DNA of 38,925 nucleotides from an uncultured Candidatus Saccharibacteria bacterium (GTDB lineage Bacteria; Patescibacteriota; Minisyncoccia; 2-02-FULL-40-12): NCBI GenBank assembly GCA_964361105.1, contig CAYHZG010000002.1, positions 1 to 38,925 of the forward strand, read 5' to 3'. Shown piece by piece: positions 31,607 to 38,925 of this stretch (position 1 is its first letter; each line of letters starts with the position of its first letter). The notes under the pieces were generated by a model. It saw only the letters and a program-made list of their open reading frames with translations, ran no database searches and was not told where the DNA came from. The position numbers and the translations under genes were made by a program.

Positions 31607-33247
31607 TTAAGGCTGGACCGGCGCAAACCAGCGCGACAAGTCATTTTCCGGGCCAACTAAATTCCAGCTCGGAATCGCTTGGTTGTTGCTATCAATCAAA
31701 ACATCATAAACCAATCTGCTTGGCCTATGGAAAAGGATGTCGCAAGCAATTGGGCCAGAAGCGAATGGGCAATTATTGCCGCTTGGCTTACTTAAAAGTC
31801 CCCAGCCAGCGCCTTGATTTATCCAGGCCACAGTATTAAGCAGGTTTGAAAGTTCTTGAGGAGTCATTGGAGTGCCGTAGTTTCCTCGCTCGGCTTGGAC
31901 ATCGGCTAATAAAGAAGGTGGTTCTTGAGGAGGAGGAGGAGGCGGCGGCGGCACTGGTGGTTCCGGATTGCCTAGTCCGCCGGCATCTATCCACCTCCCG
32001 TCTGGCCCTATGTGTTCTGGGGTTAGCAAGTTATTGCCTTCAGATAGTTTGAGCTTTTGATAACATGCCCGCATGCATCTTGTGAACGGATCCCTGTTGT
32101 CACCTTTATCATATCTCCATTTGCAGTAACTTTTGCCGACATCGTTATCATCGCGGGCGTTAAGTGAATTTATATCTTCTTCCGGCGGAAACATATTATA
32201 AGCTTCGCGATAAAAAGATTTTGATGCCGGATTCGGATTGTTATATATGAACATTGCCGTAGGGATGGTTGACATATTATCTCTGGCCGAACAAAACTCC
32301 GCCTTATATGAGTTTTCAACTTCTCGTGGGTCTGTGCCGGGAACTGGGTCTATGCTGGTGGGTGTGTTCGGATCTGGAGATATGCCCTGGTCAATCAATT
32401 TTCCTACAAGAAATTCAGTAAGAGCCGCTACCGCAAGTGAAGCCGCGTCCGCGGTAGTATAAAATTTCATGTTTGCGTCAAAAACACTTGCTACCTGTGC
32501 TCCTAATGTCGAGCCCGGAGTTTTTATCCGGCCGAGTATGGCGCAACCGCTTGCTCCTTGTCCTCGGACCAGGCATTCCCTGATTCCGGTAAATCCTTTT
32601 CCGCCGCCGCCGGATTCATTAACCGCGGCTGATTCTTCAATTCGGCGCTGTTTTCCAAGCTCATTTATTAGGATGTTGGCTACTCCTTCGGTTCTATTTT
32701 GAGCGCTTAAAAGTCTCGCAAAAGTATCCCAGCCTCCGCCCAGGACAAAGTTTTGTCTATAAGTAGCCACTCGTCTTTCTACTTCAGGGTCGCATTGTAC
32801 AGTTGTTATAACATCTTGAAGACTGCCATATCTTCTTTGTATTGCTTGCACTCCGGCATTATCTGTTCCCAGCGGTCTAGGCTGGAGCGACTTAAAGGCA
32901 GTGCTGTTTCTAATATAGTCACATAACAAAGGAGGAATATTGCCTCGGCCGTTAGCGGCAAAATAAAGTATGCCTCTCCAGACCTCTTCTCCTCGGTATT
33001 GGGCCCTTAGCTGGAAATCGCGCCAGTCCTGGACAAAAAGTGCCCCTCTTATCCCGCCGGTTTTAACTTTGTTTAATATCCTGTTTGATATAGCCGTGAA
33101 AGCGCCGTGGGCAGCGGCTTTGGCGGCGATATCTAAACCAAATTTAACCGCGGCGAATACATCGGTGGCATGGACAGGATGAACCAAAAGATTCCAGAGA
33201 ACCGAAGCTATTAAAAAGAAGATAATTATAGTTTTTCTAAAAACCAT
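31607..33247 (-). CDS. Secreted/anchored Cys-rich protein with a poly-proline linker (unknown function)
   Basis: 546 aa with an N-terminal signal/anchor 'IIIFFLIASVLWNLLVHPVHA', linker 'PEPPVPPPPPPPPQEPP' and a C-terminal domain of about 100 aa. It is visibly GC-richer than its neighbours. Confidence 0.6.
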   Translation of the reverse strand: MVFRKTIIIFFLIASVLWNLLVHPVHATDVFAAVKFGLDIAAKAAAHGAFTAISNRILNKVKTGGIRGALFVQDWRDFQLRAQYRGEEVWRGILYFAANGRGNIPPLLCDYIRNSTAFKSLQPRPLGTDNAGVQAIQRRYGSLQDVITTVQCDPEVERRVATYRQNFVLGGGWDTFARLLSAQNRTEGVANILINELGKQRRIEESAAVNESGGGGKGFTGIRECLVRGQGASGCAILGRIKTPGSTLGAQVASVFDANMKFYTTADAASLAVAALTEFLVGKLIDQGISPDPNTPTSIDPVPGTDPREVENSYKAEFCSARDNMSTIPTAMFIYNNPNPASKSFYREAYNMFPPEEDINSLNARDDNDVGKSYCKWRYDKGDNRDPFTRCMRACYQKLKLSEGNNLLTPEHIGPDGRWIDAGGLGNPEPPVPPPPPPPPQEPPSLLADVQAERGNYGTPMTPQELSNLLNTVAWINQGAGWGLLSKPSGNNCPFASGPIACDILFHRPSRLVYDVLIDSNNQAIPSWNLVGPENDLSRWFAPVQP

Positions 33248-34262
33248 CAGTAAGTGAGCTAATTAAACTCCACAGTTCTCCATTAGGAGGAGTGAGGTTA
33301 TTTTTCTTGATTTTTTGAATTACGGTAACAAGAAGCGGTTGGACGTTTTGATATACTGATATTAGGTTGTTCATTCCGAGAACTCCTCTGAGAGGATCTT
33401 CGGCTGTTTGACCAAGAGTTTGGTGGCTGATCGCCAGATTTTGGAGATTTGATATGACTTGTTTATGAATATCCAACCAGGATGGCGGAACAGATAAGGC
33501 GTTAAGTTTAGCAATAGCTTTTTTATAGTAGTTAGTTTTTAAATTAAAGTAATTGGTGCTGTTATTAATCAGCTCGGCATTATCAGAATGAAAGTTTATA
33601 AATTTTTCGGTAGCCAGTCGCGGTTCGTTGATTATTTCTCCCCAGATGTCCTGGATTATTAGACCTACATCGTTAAGATATTTTTCCTGCGCTGCCTTCG
33701 AATCGGATGAAAAAACTGTTCCAGCGACAGGAATGTTGTTGGGATCTAGAATCTTGGTCCCGTCAGCTAATATTTCAACGCCGATATCGGCTAATGCTTT
33801 GGTATAAATATTTGGATCAGTATCAGCGCTGAGGTCTCCAGTATAAAAAGCACCAGCCATTAAAGTGCTTATTTTATCTGTGATATTTATCGATTGAAGA
33901 TTGCTGTCTCTCGGCACAAGATCATTTGGCCCTGGTTTTGTGGGGTCATGACCGGAAGCCACCTCTTCGCCGTCTAAAAATCCATCGCCGTCAGTGTCGG
34001 GATTTATCACGTCAGTTCCATAAAGCGGTTCTTCATTGTCGCACAAACCGTCTTTATCAATATCGCTGCAAGGAATTGTATTCTCGGTTCCATTTAGATT
34101 TCCCTGTCTTTCTGACTTCTCACCTCCCTTTAACACCCCGCTTATATTTGCCCCGAGGCCAGTAGTATTTCCAACACTCAAGAAAATACTGGTAGCGATT
34201 AGCCCGGCAAACAAAAACATTACGGCCAGCAAGATTTTTATATTTGTGGGAATTTTGTTCAT
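33237..34262 (-). CDS. Membrane-anchored protein with thrombospondin type-3-like Ca-binding repeats
   Basis: 341 aa with an N-terminal TM segment and 'DIDKDGLCDNEEPLYGTDVINPDTDGDGFLDGEEVASGHDP' (DxDxDG repeats). Confidence 0.6.
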   Translation of the reverse strand: MNKIPTNIKILLAVMFLFAGLIATSIFLSVGNTTGLGANISGVLKGGEKSERQGNLNGTENTIPCSDIDKDGLCDNEEPLYGTDVINPDTDGDGFLDGEEVASGHDPTKPGPNDLVPRDSNLQSINITDKISTLMAGAFYTGDLSADTDPNIYTKALADIGVEILADGTKILDPNNIPVAGTVFSSDSKAAQEKYLNDVGLIIQDIWGEIINEPRLATEKFINFHSDNAELINNSTNYFNLKTNYYKKAIAKLNALSVPPSWLDIHKQVISNLQNLAISHQTLGQTAEDPLRGVLGMNNLISVYQNVQPLLVTVIQKIKKNNLTPPNGELWSLISSLTDGF

Positions 34263-34269
34263 AGATTGT

Positions 34270-35766
34270 TTAATTAAAGTTTAAAAATTTAATTTTCAGA
34301 GCCGGTTTTAAATAAGCCAAAACTACCAGGAAAGATATGATTAATACTGGATTATCGCCTAATTTATTATACCACGTTTGTATTTGATTGGGCACAATAC
34401 CTCTTGTTAATATCTGATACCCGGTTGAATCAGTGGAGTCTATTACATTTCCTAGAGGATTTATTATGTAAGAATGGCCGAAATTTGAACTTATGGCTAG
34501 ATATTTATTGTTTTCGGCGGCTCTGAATTTAGCCATTGAAAGGAGTTGTTTTTCTATTTTTGGGTTGCCATCAAATACCGCCAAATTGTTGAGATTAACC
34601 ATGAAATCAAACTGACCGTTTTCTCTGGAAAGATTCGGAGATATTATATCCGAACAGGTTAATATTTTTACTTTGCTATCATGATAGTTTTGAGTATTGC
34701 TTTCTCGTCCTTTTACGAAAACGGCTCCGGATGAGATGAATTTATTTTTAGTCAGATGCTCAAAGATTGAGAACGGCAACTTTGCTATGTAAGGAAGAGA
34801 TTCTCCGCCCGGTGTCAGTAATTTCTTGTCATAAAAGCCCACAACGCCCTCTTTAGAATCAATCAGAATAGCTTTTGATTTCAATCCATCTTGTTCGAGG
34901 ATTCTATTGCTGTCTATGATTAAAATGTTTTTTTGAGATAAATTGTTAAAATATTTTTGGACGGAAGTAAAATCCAAGAAACCGGATAGAGTTTTTGAGA
35001 AATCGGTGCTTTCCGGGAAAATGATTACCTTAGATTTATTAGCCGCTTCTTTGAGTAATTTATTTTTTTCACTGAAGTCCATTAATAGTTCCTCCGGTTC
35101 ATACAGACTTTTGATAGGATTTTTTGTTTGAATAATAGAAATGGTTAGTTTATTACCAACCTCAAATTTATTTGTAGATTGGACAAAGTTAATAAGAGTT
35201 AAAATTGCAATGACCGAGAACATTTCCAAAACCAATACTTTTTTTGTTTTTTTGTTTCGTAACCACACCGATAGAAAAAGAACGGTTCCAAAAAAGATAA
35301 TTAGGAAATCCACGCCATAGATGCCCCAATATGCGGCCGATTGTTTTACGAAACTTAAATCTGCAAATAAATAGGCGGGATTACCGAGAGTCCAGTGGGC
35401 CCCCAATAGACTTTCTGGACCAGCCCACAATAATCCCAAAAACAGAGCCCTTAAATACTCAACAATAGTAAAAGTCCCGGCGTAAAGTAGAGGCAAGAAA
35501 GGAGGGCGGCTATTTTTAAGAGTAAAAGATCCATAACTGAAAATCCCCCAAAATATTGACATGCCCACTACCGTAATAATGTAAGGCAGCAATATTATTA
35601 AGAAGGCCAAGATCCTATTTTCAATTTCGAACGAAACTAACGAGCGGACAGACCAGAACCACCAAAATATCCAGCTAAAATAAAAAAGGCCGACAATAAA
35701 GCCAGGCCAGAATCCACGAGGTTTTATATTCAGCGTTTTTTTATATAATCCGACAATTCTACCCAT
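34270..35766 (-). CDS. lnt: Apolipoprotein N-acyltransferase-like protein (polytopic N-terminus + CN-hydrolase domain)
   Basis: 498 aa with a multi-TM N-terminal half. Candidate Glu-Lys-Cys triad contexts are 'VIIFPESTDF', 'FYDKKLLTPGGESLP' and 'ILTCSDII'. Confidence 0.75.
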   Translation of the reverse strand: MGRIVGLYKKTLNIKPRGFWPGFIVGLFYFSWIFWWFWSVRSLVSFEIENRILAFLIILLPYIITVVGMSIFWGIFSYGSFTLKNSRPPFLPLLYAGTFTIVEYLRALFLGLLWAGPESLLGAHWTLGNPAYLFADLSFVKQSAAYWGIYGVDFLIIFFGTVLFLSVWLRNKKTKKVLVLEMFSVIAILTLINFVQSTNKFEVGNKLTISIIQTKNPIKSLYEPEELLMDFSEKNKLLKEAANKSKVIIFPESTDFSKTLSGFLDFTSVQKYFNNLSQKNILIIDSNRILEQDGLKSKAILIDSKEGVVGFYDKKLLTPGGESLPYIAKLPFSIFEHLTKNKFISSGAVFVKGRESNTQNYHDSKVKILTCSDIISPNLSRENGQFDFMVNLNNLAVFDGNPKIEKQLLSMAKFRAAENNKYLAISSNFGHSYIINPLGNVIDSTDSTGYQILTRGIVPNQIQTWYNKLGDNPVLIISFLVVLAYLKPALKIKFLNFN

Positions 35767-36524
35767 TGTTTTAACGACAGATTTTCTGCCCTGATGTTGA
35801 GTGGAATTCCCGTCTTCTCAAATATTTGAAGCAATTCTTCTTTTATGATACCAGATTTTTTGGATAAGTTACTCACAAGCAATTTTCTTTTTTGGGAAAA
35901 TCCGGCTCGGACGATTTTGAAAAACTTTTCAGGGTCGTCAATCGGCAGTTTTTCTTTCGGCATCAATTTTATTATCGCCGAATCCACTTTAGGGACTGGT
36001 CGGAAATTTTCTTTGGAGATATAGCCGATTATTTTTGGCTCGGAAAAAAACTGAACCGAAAGAGCCAGCAAATTCATTTGCGGGGGTTTTGCCATAATTC
36101 TTTGAGCCACCTCCTTTTGGATTGTTAAAACTATGAGTTTTGGCCGTGGCCAATCATCAAAAACGGTCCTTAAAAATTTTGAAGTGATATAATAAGGGAT
36201 ATTACCGATTATTTTATAATTGGAAATCCTAAATCCTAAATCCGAAATCCTAAATTTAAGAATATCACCTTCAATAATTTTTACACTCGTGTTTCGGAAT
36301 TTTTCTTTGAGCGATTCAATTAGCCGCCTGTCTTTTTCAATGGCAATAATTAGTCCGGCTTTTTCAGCTAGCTTTTCGGTTAAATTTCCGGTTCCTGGCC
36401 CGACTTCCAAGACCTTATCTTTTTTTGTAATCTCCGCGGCGGCGACAATCTTATCCAGTATTCGTGGATTCACCAAAAAGTTTTGGCCGAGTGATTTTTT
36501 AGGTGTAATTGATAATCTTGTCAT
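35730..36524 (-). CDS. rsmA: 16S rRNA (adenine1518/1519-N6)-dimethyltransferase RsmA/KsgA
   Basis: Contains 'KKSLGQNFL', 'VLEVGPGTGNLT' and 'GNIPYYITS'. ATG 36524 (MTRLSI...) is preferred over the track start 36557. Confidence 0.9.
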   Translation of the reverse strand: MTRLSITPKKSLGQNFLVNPRILDKIVAAAEITKKDKVLEVGPGTGNLTEKLAEKAGLIIAIEKDRRLIESLKEKFRNTSVKIIEGDILKFRISDLGFRISNYKIIGNIPYYITSKFLRTVFDDWPRPKLIVLTIQKEVAQRIMAKPPQMNLLALSVQFFSEPKIIGYISKENFRPVPKVDSAIIKLMPKEKLPIDDPEKFFKIVRAGFSQKRKLLVSNLSKKSGIIKEELLQIFEKTGIPLNIRAENLSLKQWVELSDYIKKR

Positions 36525-38598
36525 CTTTGAAAAATCTGGAATCAGAATTAAATTCAATCACCTCTTTTGGGATTTCTTCTAAAAAGCGCGACGATAGGCC
36601 GCCTGATGTGGTCCCAAAAATGGTCCGAGACCTGGCAAAAGTTATAAAGACCCTTCTCTTAGCTCTGGTTATTCCGACATAGCAAAGCCGTCTTTCTTCT
36701 TCCAGTTCAATGGGATTGTCTAAACTTTTTGAGTGAGGCAAAAGACCTTCTTCCATTCCAACCAGGAAAACAACCGGAAATTCAAGCCCTTTAGCTGAAT
36801 GTAGGGTCATTAACTGAATTTTGTTTTCGTCAATTTCAATCTTACTTGCCCCGTTAGAGGTCTTAGCTCTAATCGGGTCTGTTTCCTGAATCAAAGCTAC
36901 TTCTTCCAAAAACTTGGTCATTGTCCCGATACCGCTTTGCGGTATCGAGGATCTCCCGATTTTATCGAGGATCCTCAATTCAGTAGCCGAGCTTTGCTCG
37001 GACTGAATCGGGACTCGATTGGCTTTGCCAATCGGGACCTCCTTGTCATATTTCCTGGCAACGGTGAATAGCTCCTTTATGTTTTCCCAACGCATATACC
37101 CCTCTTCAGTAGCCACATCCAAGTAGTCCTTATATCCGATTTCATTAACAATGAATTTTATCAGCTTGGTCAGTTCATACTCCTTTATTTTTTGGCTGAT
37201 TTTTTCTAATGTTTTTCCAAAGGCATAAAGAGCGAACTTGGGTTTAGCTTGAATATTTTCAATATCCTTAGCTTTAAGCAAGGTGTCAAAAAGATTAAAA
37301 TTGTTTTTCCGCGCGAAATCGGTCAAACGGACAAAAGCCGCTTTGCCGACTCCCCGAGTCGGTACATTGTAAATTCTTTGCAAGCTCACAAAGTCATTCG
37401 GATTGGCCAGAATTCTCAAATAAGCAATAATATCTTTTATCTCTTTCCTTTCATAAAACTTCAAAGCACCGATTATTTTGTAAGGAAAACCTTGGGTTAA
37501 AAATTCTTCTTCAAGGGGCCGGGATTGGGCGTGAGTCCGGTAAAGAATTACCAAATCATTGAGTTTATATCCTTTCTTGGTCAGTTCTTTCATCTTTTCA
37601 ATAACGAACTGGGCTTCTTCTTTTTCATCTTCAAGTTGGCTGATTGAGATTTTTTCGCCTTCAGTGTTTTCGGTCCAAAGTTCTTTTTCGTGACGATAAA
37701 CATTGTTTTTAATCAATCCCTGGCCGGCGGCTAATATCGCTTTAGTGGAACGATAGTTCTGTTCAAGCCGGATGATTTTGGCCTCCGGAAAATCTTTTTC
37801 AAAATTGAGCATGTTGCGGAAATCGGCATTTCTAAATTGATATATGCTCTGATCAGTATCACCGATAACGAATAAATTTTTGTTTTGTCCAGCCAATAAT
37901 TTTGTGAGAGTGTATTGACCTGTGTCAACATCTTGATACTCATCAACCAAAATATACTTAAACTGATTTTGATACTTTTCAAGGATTTGAGGATTTTCTT
38001 CAAAAAGTTTTACAGTCAGTATAATCAAATCATCAAAATCCACCGCATTAGCTTTTTGAAGTTCTTTTTGATAAGCGCTGTAGATTTGGCTAACTACTTT
38101 TTCATAGTAGTTTCTGGGTTCTTTTCTGTCTTCTGGGTAGACTAATTCTGATTTCAATTTTGAGATTTTATTCAAGATTGAATAGGGATTGAAGTTACGA
38201 GAACTGAAACCCAGATCTTCCATTACTTTTTTAGCCAAGCTCAACTGGTCTTCTTTATCATAAATCGTAAAGTTTTTCGTGAAACCTAAAACTCTAGCTT
38301 CATTTCTTAAAATCTTGGCGCAGATTGAGTGAAAAGTTCCGATTAGCGGCTGAGCATATCTATTTTTTATCCCAATAAACTTCTCAATTCTTTCTTTCAT
38401 TTCCTGGGCCGCTTTATTGGTGAAGGTAACGGCGAGGATATTTTCCGGCTTTATTCCAGAGCTAATCATGTAGGCGACCTTTCGGGTTAGGGTTGCCGTT
38501 TTCCCGCTGCCTGGCCCGGCAATTATTAAAACTGGCCCTTCTCGCGCCTTGACTGCTTCAATCTGATTTTTATTAAGGTCTTTAAATATTTTTTCCAT
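36499..38598 (-). CDS. UvrD/PcrA/Rep-family ATP-dependent DNA helicase
   Basis: 699 aa with 'AGPGSGKT', 'DEYQD', 'TLHSAKGLEF' and 'LCYVGITRAK'. It carries a hairpin-cluster insertion at 36924-37039. Confidence 0.92.
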   Translation of the reverse strand: MEKIFKDLNKNQIEAVKAREGPVLIIAGPGSGKTATLTRKVAYMISSGIKPENILAVTFTNKAAQEMKERIEKFIGIKNRYAQPLIGTFHSICAKILRNEARVLGFTKNFTIYDKEDQLSLAKKVMEDLGFSSRNFNPYSILNKISKLKSELVYPEDRKEPRNYYEKVVSQIYSAYQKELQKANAVDFDDLIILTVKLFEENPQILEKYQNQFKYILVDEYQDVDTGQYTLTKLLAGQNKNLFVIGDTDQSIYQFRNADFRNMLNFEKDFPEAKIIRLEQNYRSTKAILAAGQGLIKNNVYRHEKELWTENTEGEKISISQLEDEKEEAQFVIEKMKELTKKGYKLNDLVILYRTHAQSRPLEEEFLTQGFPYKIIGALKFYERKEIKDIIAYLRILANPNDFVSLQRIYNVPTRGVGKAAFVRLTDFARKNNFNLFDTLLKAKDIENIQAKPKFALYAFGKTLEKISQKIKEYELTKLIKFIVNEIGYKDYLDVATEEGYMRWENIKELFTVARKYDKEVPIGKANRVPIQSEQSSATELRILDKIGRSSIPQSGIGTMTKFLEEVALIQETDPIRAKTSNGASKIEIDENKIQLMTLHSAKGLEFPVVFLVGMEEGLLPHSKSLDNPIELEEERRLCYVGITRAKRRVFITFARSRTIFGTTSGGLSSRFLEEIPKEVIEFNSDSRFFKDDKIINYT
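36924..37039. repeat. Cluster of four GC hairpins with TTT loops inside the helicase coding sequence
   Basis: Hairpins are CGATACCGC-TTT-GCGGTATCG (36927-36947), CCCGAT-TTT-ATCGAGG (36955-36970), ATTCAGT-a-GCCGAGC-TTT-GCTCGG-ACTGAAT (36978-37008) and CGATTGGC-TTT-GCCAATCG (37016-37034). Together they encode 'PIGKANRVPIQSEQSSATELRILDKIGRSSIPQSGIG'. Confidence 0.8.
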
Positions 38599-38602
38599 TT
38601 TT

Positions 38603-38896
38603 TTACTTAACCCCGCATTCTCGGCAAACAGTATTTAATCTTTGAGAGGTGGTTATTAAAATTATCAGCAGAAGGGCCACCGCTGATAAAGCAACAACGT
38701 CTTTATAGTTAACTAGAAATAAAATAGTATTGACTCCTAAAAAACCGAAAATGGCGCTGACACACAAAGCGCAGCTGGCTGTCCCAAAAATAGAAGCGAA
38801 AATTCCGGAGGAGGTTCCGATGACGCCTGAAGCTATACCAGTCCTTGGAGCTACTTGCCTCCAGAGTTTGTTAAATTGATTAATGTAAAATTGCAT
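38603..38896 (-). CDS. Small hypothetical membrane protein with two Cys pairs
   Basis: 97 aa with 2-3 TM segments, 'CALC' within a TM segment and a C-terminal 'CRECG'. Confidence 0.5.
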   Translation of the reverse strand: MQFYINQFNKLWRQVAPRTGIASGVIGTSSGIFASIFGTASCALCVSAIFGFLGVNTILFLVNYKDVVALSAVALLLIILITTSQRLNTVCRECGVK

Positions 38897-38925
38897 TACT
38901 AAAAAAAGCGAATTCAGTCCGGAGA

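Noticed and set aside
1-38925. Alternative genetic code (UGA as sense, as in some CPR-related lineages), and the presence of CRISPR arrays or rRNA genes.
   Set aside because: Long conserved ORFs terminate properly at TGA (yidD at 21919, ruvB at 11751, VirB4 at 26223), and no conserved protein requires read-through. I saw no regularly spaced direct repeats typical of CRISPR, and no rRNA-like sequence.

Overview
AT-rich, tightly packed bacterial window with many ATGA/TAATG stop-start overlaps. TGA serves as a stop codon (for example yidD), so the code is standard. The gene content and several reduced proteins suggest a small-genome, CPR/Patescibacteria-like organism; this is inference only. The reduced proteins include a trigger factor without a PPIase domain and a short YebC. 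The window spans the chromosomal origin neighbourhood: rpmH-rnpA-yidD-yidC-jag on the plus strand, diverging from dnaA-dnaN on the minus strand. Other housekeeping genes are a TatD fragment, cysteine desulfurase, a four-tRNA operon, hup, rny, gpmI, tig, nusA, a PilB/GspE-like ATPase, ruvB, yebC, ruvC, tyrS, PBP1A, a FemAB-type transferase, a flippase, lnt, rsmA and a UvrD/PcrA helicase. Four things stand out. (1) A co-directional, translationally coupled minus-strand array (34262 down to 24813) encodes a Gram-positive-type T4SS-like module. It has a PrgI/VirB3-like protein, a VirB4-type ATPase apparently split into two ORFs, and a VirB6/TrbL-like polytopic protein. Six further proteins are unassigned, and no relaxase, coupling protein or VirB11 is in view. 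(2) Several families of GC-rich palindromic mini-elements are present. One is a 72-nt element inserted in-frame, in two different reading frames, into gpmI and the PilB-like gene. Another is a hairpin cluster inside the helicase gene. (3) A TIR-bounded GIY-YIG cassette, a 142-bp ORF-less derivative and a 66-nt TIR element all sit exactly at ATG start codons. Three of these five insertions split what would have been overlapping stop/start junctions. (4) A roughly 400-nt highly structured intergenic region is read into by a perfect TTGACA-N17-TATAAT promoter on the minus strand. I could not assign it to RNase P, tmRNA, SRP or 6S RNA. All calls come from reading the sequence and ORF translations by eye; no searches were run.
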